NCBI GenBank assembly: GCA_039807145.1
Contig: JBDHQQ010000001.1
Span: 800 to 64,799, forward strand
Source: Pseudoxanthomonas sp.
GTDB lineage: Bacteria > Pseudomonadota > Gammaproteobacteria > Xanthomonadales > Xanthomonadaceae
Direction: 5' to 3'
DNA length: 64,000 nt
Below are positions 31,757 to 41,422 of this stretch, piece after piece. The notes beneath the pieces were generated by a model, which had not been told where the DNA came from, did no database searches, and saw only the letters and a list, made by a program, of their open reading frames with translations. Both the position numbers and the translations under genes were made by a program. Numbering within the stretch: the first letter of the stretch is position 1; each line of letters begins with the position of its first letter.

Positions 31757-32701
31757 TCACGCCTTGAATTCGTGCGGAGGCGCGGCGAAACCGACGACCA
31801 CCGCGCCCTTGCCGACGTTGACCATCCCCGTCAGGCCCATCACGCATTCGTAAACCTCGATGCCGTGGTCGCTGCACACTTCGCGCAGTCGCGTGTAGCC
31901 AGGCAACGCGCGCAGTTCTTGCAACTCCCCGCCATAGCTCAGGCACACGGTCGGAGCCAGCAAGCCCGCGCGGATGCGGTTGATGGTGAAGTCGAACAGT
32001 TTGCCCACGGTCGGTTCGAAGCCCTTGAGCTTGGCCACCGGCTCGGTGGCGCCGTGCCAGCCGCGCAGCACCGGCTTGATGTCCAGCGCCGAACCCAGCG
32101 CCGCGCCGATCAGGCCCACGCTGCGGTCGCCCTTGGCCCGTGCCCGCGCGCGCAGGTAGTACAGGTCGCGCGGCACCATGTAGCCATAGCTGTTGGTGGC
32201 CAGTTCCTCCAGGCGCGTGCGCATCTGCGCCACGCTCGCGTCCTGCTTGCGCAGGCGCACCGCTTCCACCGCGGTGATGCCTTGCGCGGCGAACAGGGTC
32301 TGCGTGTCGATTACGCGCAGCGCGAACGGCGAGGTGTGCCCGGCGGCCTGGCGGATCGGGCGGTAGTCGTTGAGGATGGCGAAGCTTGCCTGCAGCGCGT
32401 TGTCGTAGATCGGGCTGCGCGTGCGGGTCACGGTCATGCAGAACACGTGGTCGTAGTCCACCACCAGCCGCTGCAGGAACAGGTCGCGGATCTGCTGCAC
32501 GCTGAACGGCTGGGTTTCTGCCTCGTGGCCGCGGGTGGCGATGTGCGTGCGCAGGAATTCGAGCGTGGCCGCTTCTTCGCGATGGTCGGCCAGCACGGCA
32601 TCGCCGATGCGCACGGTGATCGGCAGCAACACGATGTCGTTGTCCTGCAGGAAATCCTGCGGCAGGTCGCAGGTCGAATCGACGACGATTCCGATACGCA
32701 T
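31757..32701 (-). CDS. DegV family fatty-acid-binding protein
   Basis: MRIGIVVDSTCDLP, IDTQTLFAAQG, ALDIKPVL. Confidence 0.88.
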   Translation of the reverse strand: MRIGIVVDSTCDLPQDFLQDNDIVLLPITVRIGDAVLADHREEAATLEFLRTHIATRGHEAETQPFSVQQIRDLFLQRLVVDYDHVFCMTVTRTRSPIYDNALQASFAILNDYRPIRQAAGHTSPFALRVIDTQTLFAAQGITAVEAVRLRKQDASVAQMRTRLEELATNSYGYMVPRDLYYLRARARAKGDRSVGLIGAALGSALDIKPVLRGWHGATEPVAKLKGFEPTVGKLFDFTINRIRAGLLAPTVCLSYGGELQELRALPGYTRLREVCSDHGIEVYECVMGLTGMVNVGKGAVVVGFAAPPHEFKA

Positions 32702-32920
32702 TTCATCCCCTCGAAGTGCTCTCCGTCGCGAAACTAGCGCAATGCCGCCGGTGGCGGGCATCGGATTGTCGAAACTGTGAACATTGGCGCGTTGTGCCAC
32801 AGGCCTGCCGTTCGCATGAGCCGCCTTGCCCGGCATCGGCTGGACCGGCTTCCCGTGGCGGGCCCGGCATGGCGGCGGCGCGGCATGACACAATGACCCC
32901 GGAAGTGGAAGGGAAAAGCG

Positions 32921-33697
32921 ATGAAAGAGAAGAACGACATCGTCGAGAACTGGTTGCCGCGCTACACCGGCGTGCCGCTGGACCAGTTCGGCGAACACGT
33001 GCTGCTGACCAACTTCGGCGGCTACCTCGAGGTGTTCGCCCGCCAGACCGGCGCGCCCATCGTCGGCCTGGACCGGCCGATGCCCAGTGCCACGCATGAC
33101 GGCATCACCATGATCAACTTCGGCATGGGCAGCCCGAACGCGGCGACGATGATGGACCTGCTGTCGGCGGTGACGCCCAAGGCGGTGCTGTTCCTGGGCA
33201 AGTGCGGCGGGTTGAAGAAGAAGAACCAGCTGGGCGACCTGGTGCTGCCGATCGCGGCGATCCGCGGCGAGGGCACCAGCAACGACTACCTGCCGGCGCA
33301 GGTGCCGGCGCTGCCGGCCTTCGCCATGCAGCGCGTGATCTCCACCACCATTCGCGACCTAGGCCACGACTACTGGACCGGCACGGTCTACACCACCAAC
33401 CGCCGCGTGTGGGAGCACGACGACGCGTTCAAGGAACGCCTGCGGCGGATGCGCTGCATGGCCATCGACATGGAGACGGCGACGATCTTCGCCGCCGGTT
33501 TCGCCAACCGCATCCCCTGCGGCGCGCTGCTGCTGGTCAGCGACCAGCCGATGATCCCGGAAGGGGTGAAGACCGAGGCCAGCGACGCCAAGGTCAGCTC
33601 GCAGTTCGTCGAGGACCACGTCAAGATCGGCATCGAGGCGCTTAAGCTGATCCGCCGCAACGGCAAGTCGGTGCGGCACCTGAGGTTCGACGAGTGA
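32921..33697 (+). CDS. amn: AMP nucleosidase (short form, PNP/UDP phosphorylase family)
   Basis: NWLPRYTG, LLTNF, NFGMGSPNAAT, GKCGG, AIDMETA. Confidence 0.88.
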   Translation: MKEKNDIVENWLPRYTGVPLDQFGEHVLLTNFGGYLEVFARQTGAPIVGLDRPMPSATHDGITMINFGMGSPNAATMMDLLSAVTPKAVLFLGKCGGLKKKNQLGDLVLPIAAIRGEGTSNDYLPAQVPALPAFAMQRVISTTIRDLGHDYWTGTVYTTNRRVWEHDDAFKERLRRMRCMAIDMETATIFAAGFANRIPCGALLLVSDQPMIPEGVKTEASDAKVSSQFVEDHVKIGIEALKLIRRNGKSVRHLRFDE

Positions 33698-34236
33698 ACT
33701 TTTCCGCGCAGCAAGTGGTCGCGTTCTGGCGCGACGCGGGCCGCGAAAAATGGTTCGCGCGCGACGATGCGTTCGACGCCGGTTTCAATGCGCGTTTCCT
33801 CGACGCGCACCATGCGGCGGCGCGGCGCGCGCTGGAAGACTGGATGGCATCGGCGGAAGGCGCGCTGGCCCTGCTCATCCTGCTGGACCAGTTCCCCCGC
33901 AACTGTTTTCGCGGCAGCGCGCATTCGTACGCCACCGACGGCCTGGCGCGGCACTACGCCAGCCGCGCCATCGCCATGGGCTTCGACCTGCAGGTCGAGC
34001 CGGCGCTGCGGATGTTCTTCTACCTGCCGTACGAGCACTCCGAAGCACCGGAGGACCAGCGGGAATCGCTGCGGCTGTTCGCCGCACTGGGCGATGCGGA
34101 CTACCTGAAGTACGCGCAGCTGCACGCCGACATCATCGACCGCTTCGGTCGCTTCCCGCACCGCAACGCGGCGCTGGGCCGCGAATCGACGCGGGAGGAA
34201 ACCGACTACCTGGCGGGCGGCGGGTTCAGCGGCTGA
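33694..34236 (+). CDS. DUF924 family protein
   Basis: LLDQFPRN, FFYLPYEHSE, RFGRFPHRN. Confidence 0.9.
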   Translation: MNFSAQQVVAFWRDAGREKWFARDDAFDAGFNARFLDAHHAAARRALEDWMASAEGALALLILLDQFPRNCFRGSAHSYATDGLARHYASRAIAMGFDLQVEPALRMFFYLPYEHSEAPEDQRESLRLFAALGDADYLKYAQLHADIIDRFGRFPHRNAALGRESTREETDYLAGGGFSG

Positions 34237-34249
34237 ATTTCGCGCACGC

Positions 34250-34279
34250 AAAAGAAAAGCGGGCCGAAGCCCGCCTTTC
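34250..34279 (-). terminator. Intrinsic terminator of grxD (possibly bidirectional)
   Basis: Minus strand GCGGGC-TTCG-GCCCGC-TTTTCTTTT. Confidence 0.8.
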
Positions 34280-34293
34280 CCCGTCGTGCCCAA

Positions 34294-35223
34294 TCAATAT
34301 TTGCTAAGGCTCGCATCCACTTCGTCGGCCCAGGCGTCGATGCCGCCGGTGACGTTGTAGACGCGGGTGAAGCCCGCCGCCCGGAACGCATCGGCGGCCT
34401 GCTGGCTGCGCCCACCGCGGTGGCACAGGAAGGCGATGGCGGTGTCCTTCGGCAACGCTTCCAGTTCGATGCGGCCATTGCCGTCGAAGGTCTTGAACGG
34501 CACGTTGGCGGCGGCGATGGCGCGCTCCTCGGGCGGGCGCACGTCGACCAGCAGCACTTCGCCGGCGCGAACCCTGGCCTCGGCTTCCTTCGGCGACAGC
34601 GGCTGCACCGGCTTCGGCGCGTTCGGGTTATCGATGGCCAGGCCCTTGCCGCGGATGTCGTCCACCCAGTCGATGGTGACGCCCTCGGCGCGGCGCGCGC
34701 TGGCCGGGTCGAACTGCACGCGCAGGCCGTTGGATTCAGCGGCGATGGCGTTGGCGTCGAAACGCGCGATCTGGAACGCGGGCTGGAACCTGGCGTCGAT
34801 CGCCAACGCCAGCGCCGAGCCGGGGCCGGCCTCTTCGACGGCGGTGCGCAGCATCTCCACGGCGGCTGGGGTGATGGTGATCGTCGGCGGCGTGCGGTCG
34901 GGCGCTTCCAGGCCCAGCAGGGTGGACAGTTCGCCGGAGCCCGCCATCTGCTCGATGATGTCGCTGCCACCGACCAGTTCGCCGTCCACGTACAGCTGCG
35001 GAATGGTCGGCCAGTCGCCGTAGGCCTTGATGCCCTCGCGGATTTCGGAGTCGGCCAGCACGTTGACGTGGGCGTACTCGGCGCCGAGCGAATCGAGTGC
35101 GCCGACGGCCTTGGCCGAGAAGCCGCATTGCGGCATCGACGGCTGGCCTTTCATGAACAGCACGACGCGATTGGCTTGCAGCAGGGATTCGATGCGCGCG
35201 CGCAGGGCGGGGTCGAGGGACAT
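34294..35223 (-). CDS. grxD: Monothiol glutaredoxin Grx4 fused to an A-type-carrier-like domain and a rhodanese domain
   Basis: PQCGFS, WPTIPQLY..GG.D; middle ITITPAA...IDNPN; C-terminal LVDVR...CHRGGRS. Confidence 0.9.
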   Translation of the reverse strand: MSLDPALRARIESLLQANRVVLFMKGQPSMPQCGFSAKAVGALDSLGAEYAHVNVLADSEIREGIKAYGDWPTIPQLYVDGELVGGSDIIEQMAGSGELSTLLGLEAPDRTPPTITITPAAVEMLRTAVEEAGPGSALALAIDARFQPAFQIARFDANAIAAESNGLRVQFDPASARRAEGVTIDWVDDIRGKGLAIDNPNAPKPVQPLSPKEAEARVRAGEVLLVDVRPPEERAIAAANVPFKTFDGNGRIELEALPKDTAIAFLCHRGGRSQQAADAFRAAGFTRVYNVTGGIDAWADEVDASLSKY

Positions 35224-35342
35224 GGCGTGGTTCCGCGGAAGGGGTTGGGATAAGCGATTTTACGCCTGCACGCCGGAAAGTTCGGTAATGCGAGGGGAAC
35301 GCTGCATCGCCTTGTGCCTTCCTTCCTCGACGGGAATGGGCT

Positions 35343-35969
35343 TCAAGGCAGTATTGCACGCGCGGCGGGCAGGGCCAGCCGTGCCCATTCGGTGTACATC
35401 GCGACGGACGGATGCAGGCCGTCGTCGGCCAGCATCGCCGGCTCGGCGCCGCGCTCGCGGCTGATGCCGGTGACGTCGACGAAGCGGATGCCGCGCAGCG
35501 CGCAGGCGTCGCGCGCGGCCGCATTGAAGGCGTCGATCTCGCCCGCGATGGCGGTGGTGTCGCGGCCGGACTGCGCGGCGAACGGGGTCACGCCCCAGTC
35601 GGGGATCGACAGCGCCAGCACGCGTCCGGGGCGGTTGCCGGCGAAGCCGACCGCGCGCCACAGCAGGGCGGCGAACTGCACCCGGTATTCGTCCACGCTG
35701 CGGCCGCGGTACTGGTTGTTGACGCCGATCAGCAGGGTGACGAAGTCGAATCCGCCCAGCGGTTCGGCGGCGGTGATGGCGTCGTCCAGCTCGTCGGTGG
35801 TCCAGCCGGTGGTGGCGATGATCTCCGGATCGGCCAGCGGGATGCCTTCTTCCCGCAATGCCCGCGCGAGCTGCACCGGCCAGCGGCCATCCTGTGCGAC
35901 GCCTTCGCCGATGGTGTAGGAGTCGCCGAGGGCGAGGTAGGAGAGCGGAGAGAGTGAGGGTGGACTCAT
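35343..35969 (-). CDS. SGNH/GDSL hydrolase
   Basis: LGDSYT, IGVNN, DGLHP. Confidence 0.9.
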   Translation of the reverse strand: MSPPSLSPLSYLALGDSYTIGEGVAQDGRWPVQLARALREEGIPLADPEIIATTGWTTDELDDAITAAEPLGGFDFVTLLIGVNNQYRGRSVDEYRVQFAALLWRAVGFAGNRPGRVLALSIPDWGVTPFAAQSGRDTTAIAGEIDAFNAAARDACALRGIRFVDVTGISRERGAEPAMLADDGLHPSVAMYTEWARLALPAARAILP

Positions 35970-36508
35970 AGCCGCATGCCCAGCCAGATCACGGTTTCGG
36001 TAGCTACGGAGACGACTGGGGTGAGCAACCGGGACCAAAATCCGTCAGCATGAAAATGAGTTGCTGATTGATCGTGGTGTTGCTGCTCCTCGGCAACGAT
36101 GGCACTTATGGCTGCAATAGCGCCTGGATCGTGATCTTGGAGCATGAATATCTGTTGCTCCAGATGACGGAGCACGACGCTTTCGACAGCAACGCTAGTC
36201 GCGGCAATGGCGCTACGACCGAACAGCCCGGTAGCCAAGCCGAGAACGTAGCCGCCGATGCCGCACAACCAGTAACTGCGACAGCGTGGCTGGTTCCGTC
36301 GCCGCAATTCCGCCGCAAAGATGCTCAGGTGTCCACGTTCGTGCGCACGGAACTCACGGAGTTCGTCGATCATGTCTGGGGCGGTAAACCTCGCGAGGAG
36401 GATTTGGCCGGAATAAATGTTGATCGCCCCACGTTCACCGGCATGATTAACCTTGATGATGCGATCACCTAGCCGCCTGCCGACGGATTGTGCGGTGGCC
36501 GCATCCAA
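35966..36508 (-). CDS. Coq7-like di-iron (demethoxyubiquinone hydroxylase family) protein
   Basis: KVNHAGERGA..IY.GQ, HERGH, AVESVVLRHL, EEQQH; lower GC; TTG start. Confidence 0.8.
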   Translation of the reverse strand: MDAATAQSVGRRLGDRIIKVNHAGERGAINIYSGQILLARFTAPDMIDELREFRAHERGHLSIFAAELRRRNQPRCRSYWLCGIGGYVLGLATGLFGRSAIAATSVAVESVVLRHLEQQIFMLQDHDPGAIAAISAIVAEEQQHHDQSATHFHADGFWSRLLTPVVSVATETVIWLGMRL

Positions 36509-36511
36509 ATA

Positions 36512-37780
36512 TCAGGCCGCCGACTTCGCCTTCAGCGGCACCACCTTGCCGGCCGCTTCGGCGCGGCGCGAAAGCGCGCGGTCGATGCGCGCGAACACTT
36601 CGCGCATCGTCGCCGCTTCCGGCAGCAGGGTCACGCGGAAGTGATTGCGGTAGGGCACGTTGAAGCTGGAGCCGGGCACCACCAGCACGCCTTCGGTTTC
36701 CATCAGGTCCAGGGCGAAGTCGTGGTCGTCGAAGCTCTTGGCCGCGGCGCCGACCACCGCCGGGAACGCATACAGCGCGCCGGCCGGGGCCACCAGTTCC
36801 AGGTGTTCGCTGGTCGCGCAGGCGTCGATCACCGCGCGGCGGGTTTCGTACAGGCGACCGCCGGGCGAGCACAGCGCGGTGATGGTGTCGGGGCCGTTGA
36901 CCGCGGCTTCGATGGCGTACTGGCCCGGCACGTTGGCGCACAGGCGCAGCGCGCCGAGCAGGTCCATCGCGTGGCGGAACTCGCCGATGGTTTCCATGGC
37001 GCCGCTCAGCAGCGCCCAGCCGACCCGCCAGCCGCAGGCGCGGTGCACCTTGCTGAGGCCGCTGAAGGTCAGGCACGGCACGTCGCCGGCCAGCGGCGCG
37101 ACCGGTTCGAACTTCGCCCCGTCGTACAGCACCTGGTCGTAGATTTCGTCGACCAGCAGCAGCAGGTTGTGCTTCGCCGCGATGGCGACGATGCGTTCGA
37201 GCAGCTCGCGCGGGTAGTTGGCGCCGGTCGGATTGTTCGGGTTGATCAGCACGATGGCGCGGGTGCGACTGGACACGCGCGCCTCGATCTGCGCCGGATC
37301 GGGCAGGAAGCCGTTGTCGGCGTCGCAGCTGTAGTAGACCGGGCGGCCGTCGTTGAGGATGGTCGCCGCGGACCACAGCGGGTAGTCGGGCGATGGCAGC
37401 AGCACTTCGTCGCCGGGATTCAGCAGCGCGCGCAGCGACAGGTCGATCAGTTCGCTGACGCCGTTGCCGACGAACACGCGGTCCGGGTGCGCGTCGGCGA
37501 TGCCGCGGCGTGCGTAGTAGGCGGCGATGGCCTCGCGCGCGACCGGCAGGCCCTGCTGGTGGGTGTACGGGTCGGTGCGGCCCATGTCGTCGGCGATCGC
37601 GCGCTGCAGGTGTTCCGGCGCACGGAAACCGAAGGCGCCCGGGTTGCCGATGTTCAACTTGATCAGCTTGCGGCCCTGCGCTTCCAGCTCGCGGGCTCGC
37701 CGTGCCAGTTCGCCGCGAATCTCGTAACGGACTTCGGACAGGCGCTCGCGGGTCGCGAGGGGTGGGCGGGGCGCGGACAT
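36512..37780 (-). CDS. alaA: PLP-dependent aminotransferase AlaA/AlaT
   Basis: YEIRG, LNIGNP, GNGVSELI, INPNNPTG, DEIYD, GLSKVHRACGWRVG. Confidence 0.88.
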   Translation of the reverse strand: MSAPRPPLATRERLSEVRYEIRGELARRARELEAQGRKLIKLNIGNPGAFGFRAPEHLQRAIADDMGRTDPYTHQQGLPVAREAIAAYYARRGIADAHPDRVFVGNGVSELIDLSLRALLNPGDEVLLPSPDYPLWSAATILNDGRPVYYSCDADNGFLPDPAQIEARVSSRTRAIVLINPNNPTGANYPRELLERIVAIAAKHNLLLLVDEIYDQVLYDGAKFEPVAPLAGDVPCLTFSGLSKVHRACGWRVGWALLSGAMETIGEFRHAMDLLGALRLCANVPGQYAIEAAVNGPDTITALCSPGGRLYETRRAVIDACATSEHLELVAPAGALYAFPAVVGAAAKSFDDHDFALDLMETEGVLVVPGSSFNVPYRNHFRVTLLPEAATMREVFARIDRALSRRAEAAGKVVPLKAKSAA

Positions 37781-37907
37781 GGGGGTTCTGCGTGGGGAAA
37801 CGGCGTTGAATCTTAAAGGAAAACCGGGGTTGGCGCGGGGTTTGGCCGGCCAGCGATCCAGCCCCTCGCAGGAGCGCTCCTGCAAGGCGACCCTTTAGAA
37901 TCTGGCC

Positions 37908-39020
37908 ATGCCTGCCGAAATCCCGGATTCCAGCCCCGAAACCGCTCCGCTGCGCCGGATCGGCTGGCCGTTTCCGGGGGAAGTGGACGACCCGGCCTGG
38001 CAGGCGGCCATCGCCGCGCATCCCCAGGCCCGCCCGGCCCGGGTGGTCGAGCAGCACCGCTCCGGCTACGTGGTTGCCGACGCGCCAGACGCCGCGATCA
38101 GGGCCGAGTCGCCGCCGGAATGGATGCGCCCGCGCTTTCCCAGCCACGAGCGTGCCGCGGTCGGCGACTGGGTGCTGCTCGAAGGCAGCAGGATCGTCGC
38201 CGTGCTGCCGAGGCGCACCGCGATCAAGCGCGGCGCGGCCGGCGAGCACTACCACCAGCAGGTGATCGCCGCGAACATCGACGCGGTGTTCGTGGTGGTC
38301 GGACTGGACGACGACTTCAACCCGCGCCGCATCGAGCGCTACCTGCTGCTGGTCGGCGGCGGCGGTGCGCAACCGGTCGTGGTGCTGACCAAGGCGGACA
38401 GGCTGGCCGGAAGCGGCGGCGATGCCGAAGTCGCGCTCGCCGGGCTGTCGCGGCTCGACGTGCCGGTGTTCGCGGTGAACGCGAAGGATCGCGCCAGCGT
38501 GGCCGTCCTCGACCCGTGGCTGGGCGCGGGAAGCAGCGTGGTGCTGGTCGGCTCCTCCGGCGCCGGCAAGTCGACGCTGACCAACACCCTGCTGGGCGAG
38601 CAGAAGATGAAGACCGGCGAAGTGCGCGAGCGCGATTCGCGCGGCCGTCATACCACCACGCACCGCGCGCTGATCGCGCTGCCGTCGGGCGCGTGCCTGA
38701 TCGACACGCCGGGCATGCGCGAACTGAAGCCTACCGGCGAGGAAGACCTGGCCGAAGGCGGCTTCGCCGACATCGAGGCGCTGGCCGAACAATGCAGGTT
38801 CCGCGATTGTTCGCACCAGCGCGAGCCGGGCTGCGCGGTGCGCGCGGCGGTGGAAAACGGCGAACTCGACGCCGGCCGCCTGGCCAACTATCTCAAGCTG
38901 CGCGACGAAGTCGCCGGCGCCGCCGGCAAACTGGCGACGCGGCTGGCCGAGAAGTCCAACGCGCGCGTGCAGGACAAGGCGCTGCACAAGCGCCTGGACG
39001 AGAAATACGGAAAGCACTGA
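37908..39020 (+). CDS. rsgA: Ribosome small subunit-dependent GTPase A
   Basis: VGDWV, AANID, TKAD, GSSGAGKST, GRHTTT, DTPG, CRFRDCSH..EPGC. Confidence 0.95.
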   Translation: MPAEIPDSSPETAPLRRIGWPFPGEVDDPAWQAAIAAHPQARPARVVEQHRSGYVVADAPDAAIRAESPPEWMRPRFPSHERAAVGDWVLLEGSRIVAVLPRRTAIKRGAAGEHYHQQVIAANIDAVFVVVGLDDDFNPRRIERYLLLVGGGGAQPVVVLTKADRLAGSGGDAEVALAGLSRLDVPVFAVNAKDRASVAVLDPWLGAGSSVVLVGSSGAGKSTLTNTLLGEQKMKTGEVRERDSRGRHTTTHRALIALPSGACLIDTPGMRELKPTGEEDLAEGGFADIEALAEQCRFRDCSHQREPGCAVRAAVENGELDAGRLANYLKLRDEVAGAAGKLATRLAEKSNARVQDKALHKRLDEKYGKH

Positions 39021-39175
39021 GTGTTCCGTGCAGACGGCGGGTTGCAGGCAGCGTCTTGCGCTGCATCGCCGGGATACGACGCCGACGTCCGGAGCATCGA
39101 GGCGATTGGTAACGCATGAAAGCATTTGCGCGGAATGCGGACGGCTGCGCTGAAGCGACTTCCGGGGTTGCGGTC

Positions 39176-39223
39176 ATTCCATCGAATCGCCGATGCGAAC
39201 CTCGTATTCCATCGAATCGCCGA
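39176..39223. repeat. 18-bp direct repeat pair, 30-bp period
   Basis: ATTCCATCGAATCGCCGA at 39176-39193 and 39206-39223. Confidence 0.8.
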
Positions 39224-39550
39224 CGCCTGCTTTGACCATTGTTTGCATTGCGCGCGATTCGTTGACCTTCACGAATGGGTCATGCTACGAATGCCGAATA
39301 GTGGCGGGAATGCCATGGTTTTCAGCTCGGCCTGGAGAACGCCAGAGCAGAACTACGATTTCCGATCGGGGAGGAAACGCGACAGGGATGCATGGGAGCC
39401 GAGCTCGCTCGATCCGGATGCGTCTTTGTCGATTCCGTCGATCTGGATCTTCAGTTGGAGAAGCGCCATGCGAATCCTGCAACGCCCCGGTGTTCGGTCC
39501 GCCCAGCGCGGCACCGCGGGCCGCAATCGGATGCGACGGGAAGTCCGGGC

Positions 39551-41287
39551 ATGAAGCGGTTCGCGCTTGCATTCGTGCTGTTGGCGGCCGCGTTGCCGGG
39601 GCAGGCGGACGATGCGCCGCGCGTGTCGGACGCGACCACGATGGAACAGGCGGGGATGGTCGACATCCGCAGCCTGGTGCCGGACATCTCGCAGTCGATC
39701 GCCTATGCCGGCAGCGACAATTTCGTGGGCGTACCGGTCGACGGCTACCAGGCGCCGCGCTGCTGGCTGAAGCGCGAGGCCGCCGAGGCGCTGGCGCGGG
39801 TCGATGCCGCGCTGCGCCAGCGCCACATGCGCCTGCGCGTGTTCGACTGCTACCGACCGGCGCGTGCGGTGGCCCATTTCGTGCGCTGGGCCAACGACCT
39901 TGGCGACCAGCGCACCAAGGCCGTGCATTACCCGAACCTGGACAAGTCGCAGCTGCTCAATGGCTATATCGCGGCGGTGTCCGGCCACAGCAGGGGCGGC
40001 ACCGTCGATCTCACCGCGCTGCAGTGCGATGCGGATGATGCGAATTGCGAGCCACTGGAAATGGGCACCGACTTCGATTTCTTCGGCACCCTCGCCAACA
40101 CCGATTCGCCGGAAGCGACAGAGAGGCAACGCGCCAATCGCCAAGTGCTGCTCAAGGCGATGGACGAGCAGGGATTCAGCAACTACCCGCTGGAATGGTG
40201 GCATTACAGCTTCCGCTTCCAGCCGCCTCTGGAAACCCTCTACGACGTGCCGGTGACCGCCCCCGGCGAGCCTGCGCGGCAGGCCGAAATCGACCGCCTG
40301 ATGCGGCCCTATGACGGCGAAGTCCCGGGTGCCTCGCTGCTGGTGCTGAAGGACGGCAAGGCCCTGGTCCGTCGCGGCTACGGACGTTCCGACCTCGAGC
40401 GGCACGTCGAGGCGGGGCCGGCGACCAACTACCGGCTCGCCTCGGTGACCAAGCAGTTCACCGCGGCGGCCGTGCTGCTGCTGGCGCAGGACGGCAAGCT
40501 CGCCATCGAGGATCCCGTGCGCAAGTGGCTGCCGGAACTGCCGAAGGCCGCGGACCGGATCACCGTGCGCAACCTGCTCGACCATACCGGCGGCCTGTTC
40601 GATTACGAAGACCTGATGGCCAAACCATATGAAGGCCAGATCAGCGATGCGGGCGTACTCGCGCTTCTGGCAAGAAAGGACGAGTTGTACTTCCCGCCGG
40701 GCAGCACCTATCGCTACAGCAACAGCGGTTACGCGATGCTGGCGCTGGTGGTGGAACGCGCCTCGGGAAAGAGTTTCCCCGAATTCCTGCGCACCCGCAT
40801 CTTCGCGCCGCTGGGCATGCACGACACCCTGGCCTATGTCGTCGGCGGTCCCGACGTGGCGCACCGCGCCTGGGGCTACAGCAGGAAGGACGCTGGCTGG
40901 GAACGCACCGACCAGAATGCGTACAGCGCGGTGCTTGGCGATGGCGGCATCTATTCCAGCATCGACGACCTGGCGCGCTGGGATGCGGCGCTGTACGACG
41001 ACCGACTGCTCGGCGACGCGATGCGGGCGCAGGCCTTCGGCAAGCAGGTGCAGGTCAGCAGCGGACCGGAGGCGACGTACTACGGTTATGGCTGGCGCGT
41101 CACCGAAAGCGGAGACCGGCAATGGCATTCCGGCGAGAGCATCGGTTTCCGCAATACGCTGGTGCGTTGGCCGAAGCAGCGCTTGACCGTGATCCTGTTG
41201 AGCAACCGCAACGATCCGACGCCGTACGAAACCGCGATGGCGATCGGTGCGTTGTTCCTCGACGACGGCCCGGCCGCGGCGCGCTGA
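39551..41287 (+). CDS. Exported fusion: M15D D-Ala-D-Ala dipeptidase (VanX/DdpX-like) + beta-lactamase-family serine hydrolase
   Basis: Signal peptide; FDCYRP, SGHSRGGTVD, MGTDFDFF, EWWHY; then ASVTK (SxxK), YSN, HSG. Confidence 0.9.
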   Translation: MKRFALAFVLLAAALPGQADDAPRVSDATTMEQAGMVDIRSLVPDISQSIAYAGSDNFVGVPVDGYQAPRCWLKREAAEALARVDAALRQRHMRLRVFDCYRPARAVAHFVRWANDLGDQRTKAVHYPNLDKSQLLNGYIAAVSGHSRGGTVDLTALQCDADDANCEPLEMGTDFDFFGTLANTDSPEATERQRANRQVLLKAMDEQGFSNYPLEWWHYSFRFQPPLETLYDVPVTAPGEPARQAEIDRLMRPYDGEVPGASLLVLKDGKALVRRGYGRSDLERHVEAGPATNYRLASVTKQFTAAAVLLLAQDGKLAIEDPVRKWLPELPKAADRITVRNLLDHTGGLFDYEDLMAKPYEGQISDAGVLALLARKDELYFPPGSTYRYSNSGYAMLALVVERASGKSFPEFLRTRIFAPLGMHDTLAYVVGGPDVAHRAWGYSRKDAGWERTDQNAYSAVLGDGGIYSSIDDLARWDAALYDDRLLGDAMRAQAFGKQVQVSSGPEATYYGYGWRVTESGDRQWHSGESIGFRNTLVRWPKQRLTVILLSNRNDPTPYETAMAIGALFLDDGPAAAR

Positions 41288-41422
41288 CCGGAGTCGTCGG
41301 GCCGGGGCCCGATCATTATCCCATGGAGCGTCTCACGGCCAGGAAGGCGTCGTCAGTCACGAAAGGATTCCGGCCGGCTTTCCCGTCGGTTCATCCATCC
41401 ACCCTCCCTGTCAGGTGAGCTC

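Noticed and set aside
39176-39223. Mini-CRISPR
   Set aside because: Only two 18-bp repeats with a 12-bp spacer and no cas genes.
39126-39554. 142-aa ORF upstream of the VanX fusion
   Set aside because: TTG start, no recognisable motif or RBS, atypical composition; left as intergenic.
39551-41287. Vancomycin or beta-lactam resistance cassette
   Set aside because: No vanA/vanH/vanRS; Gram-negative host; serine domains have HxG rather than KTG and sit in a catabolic context.
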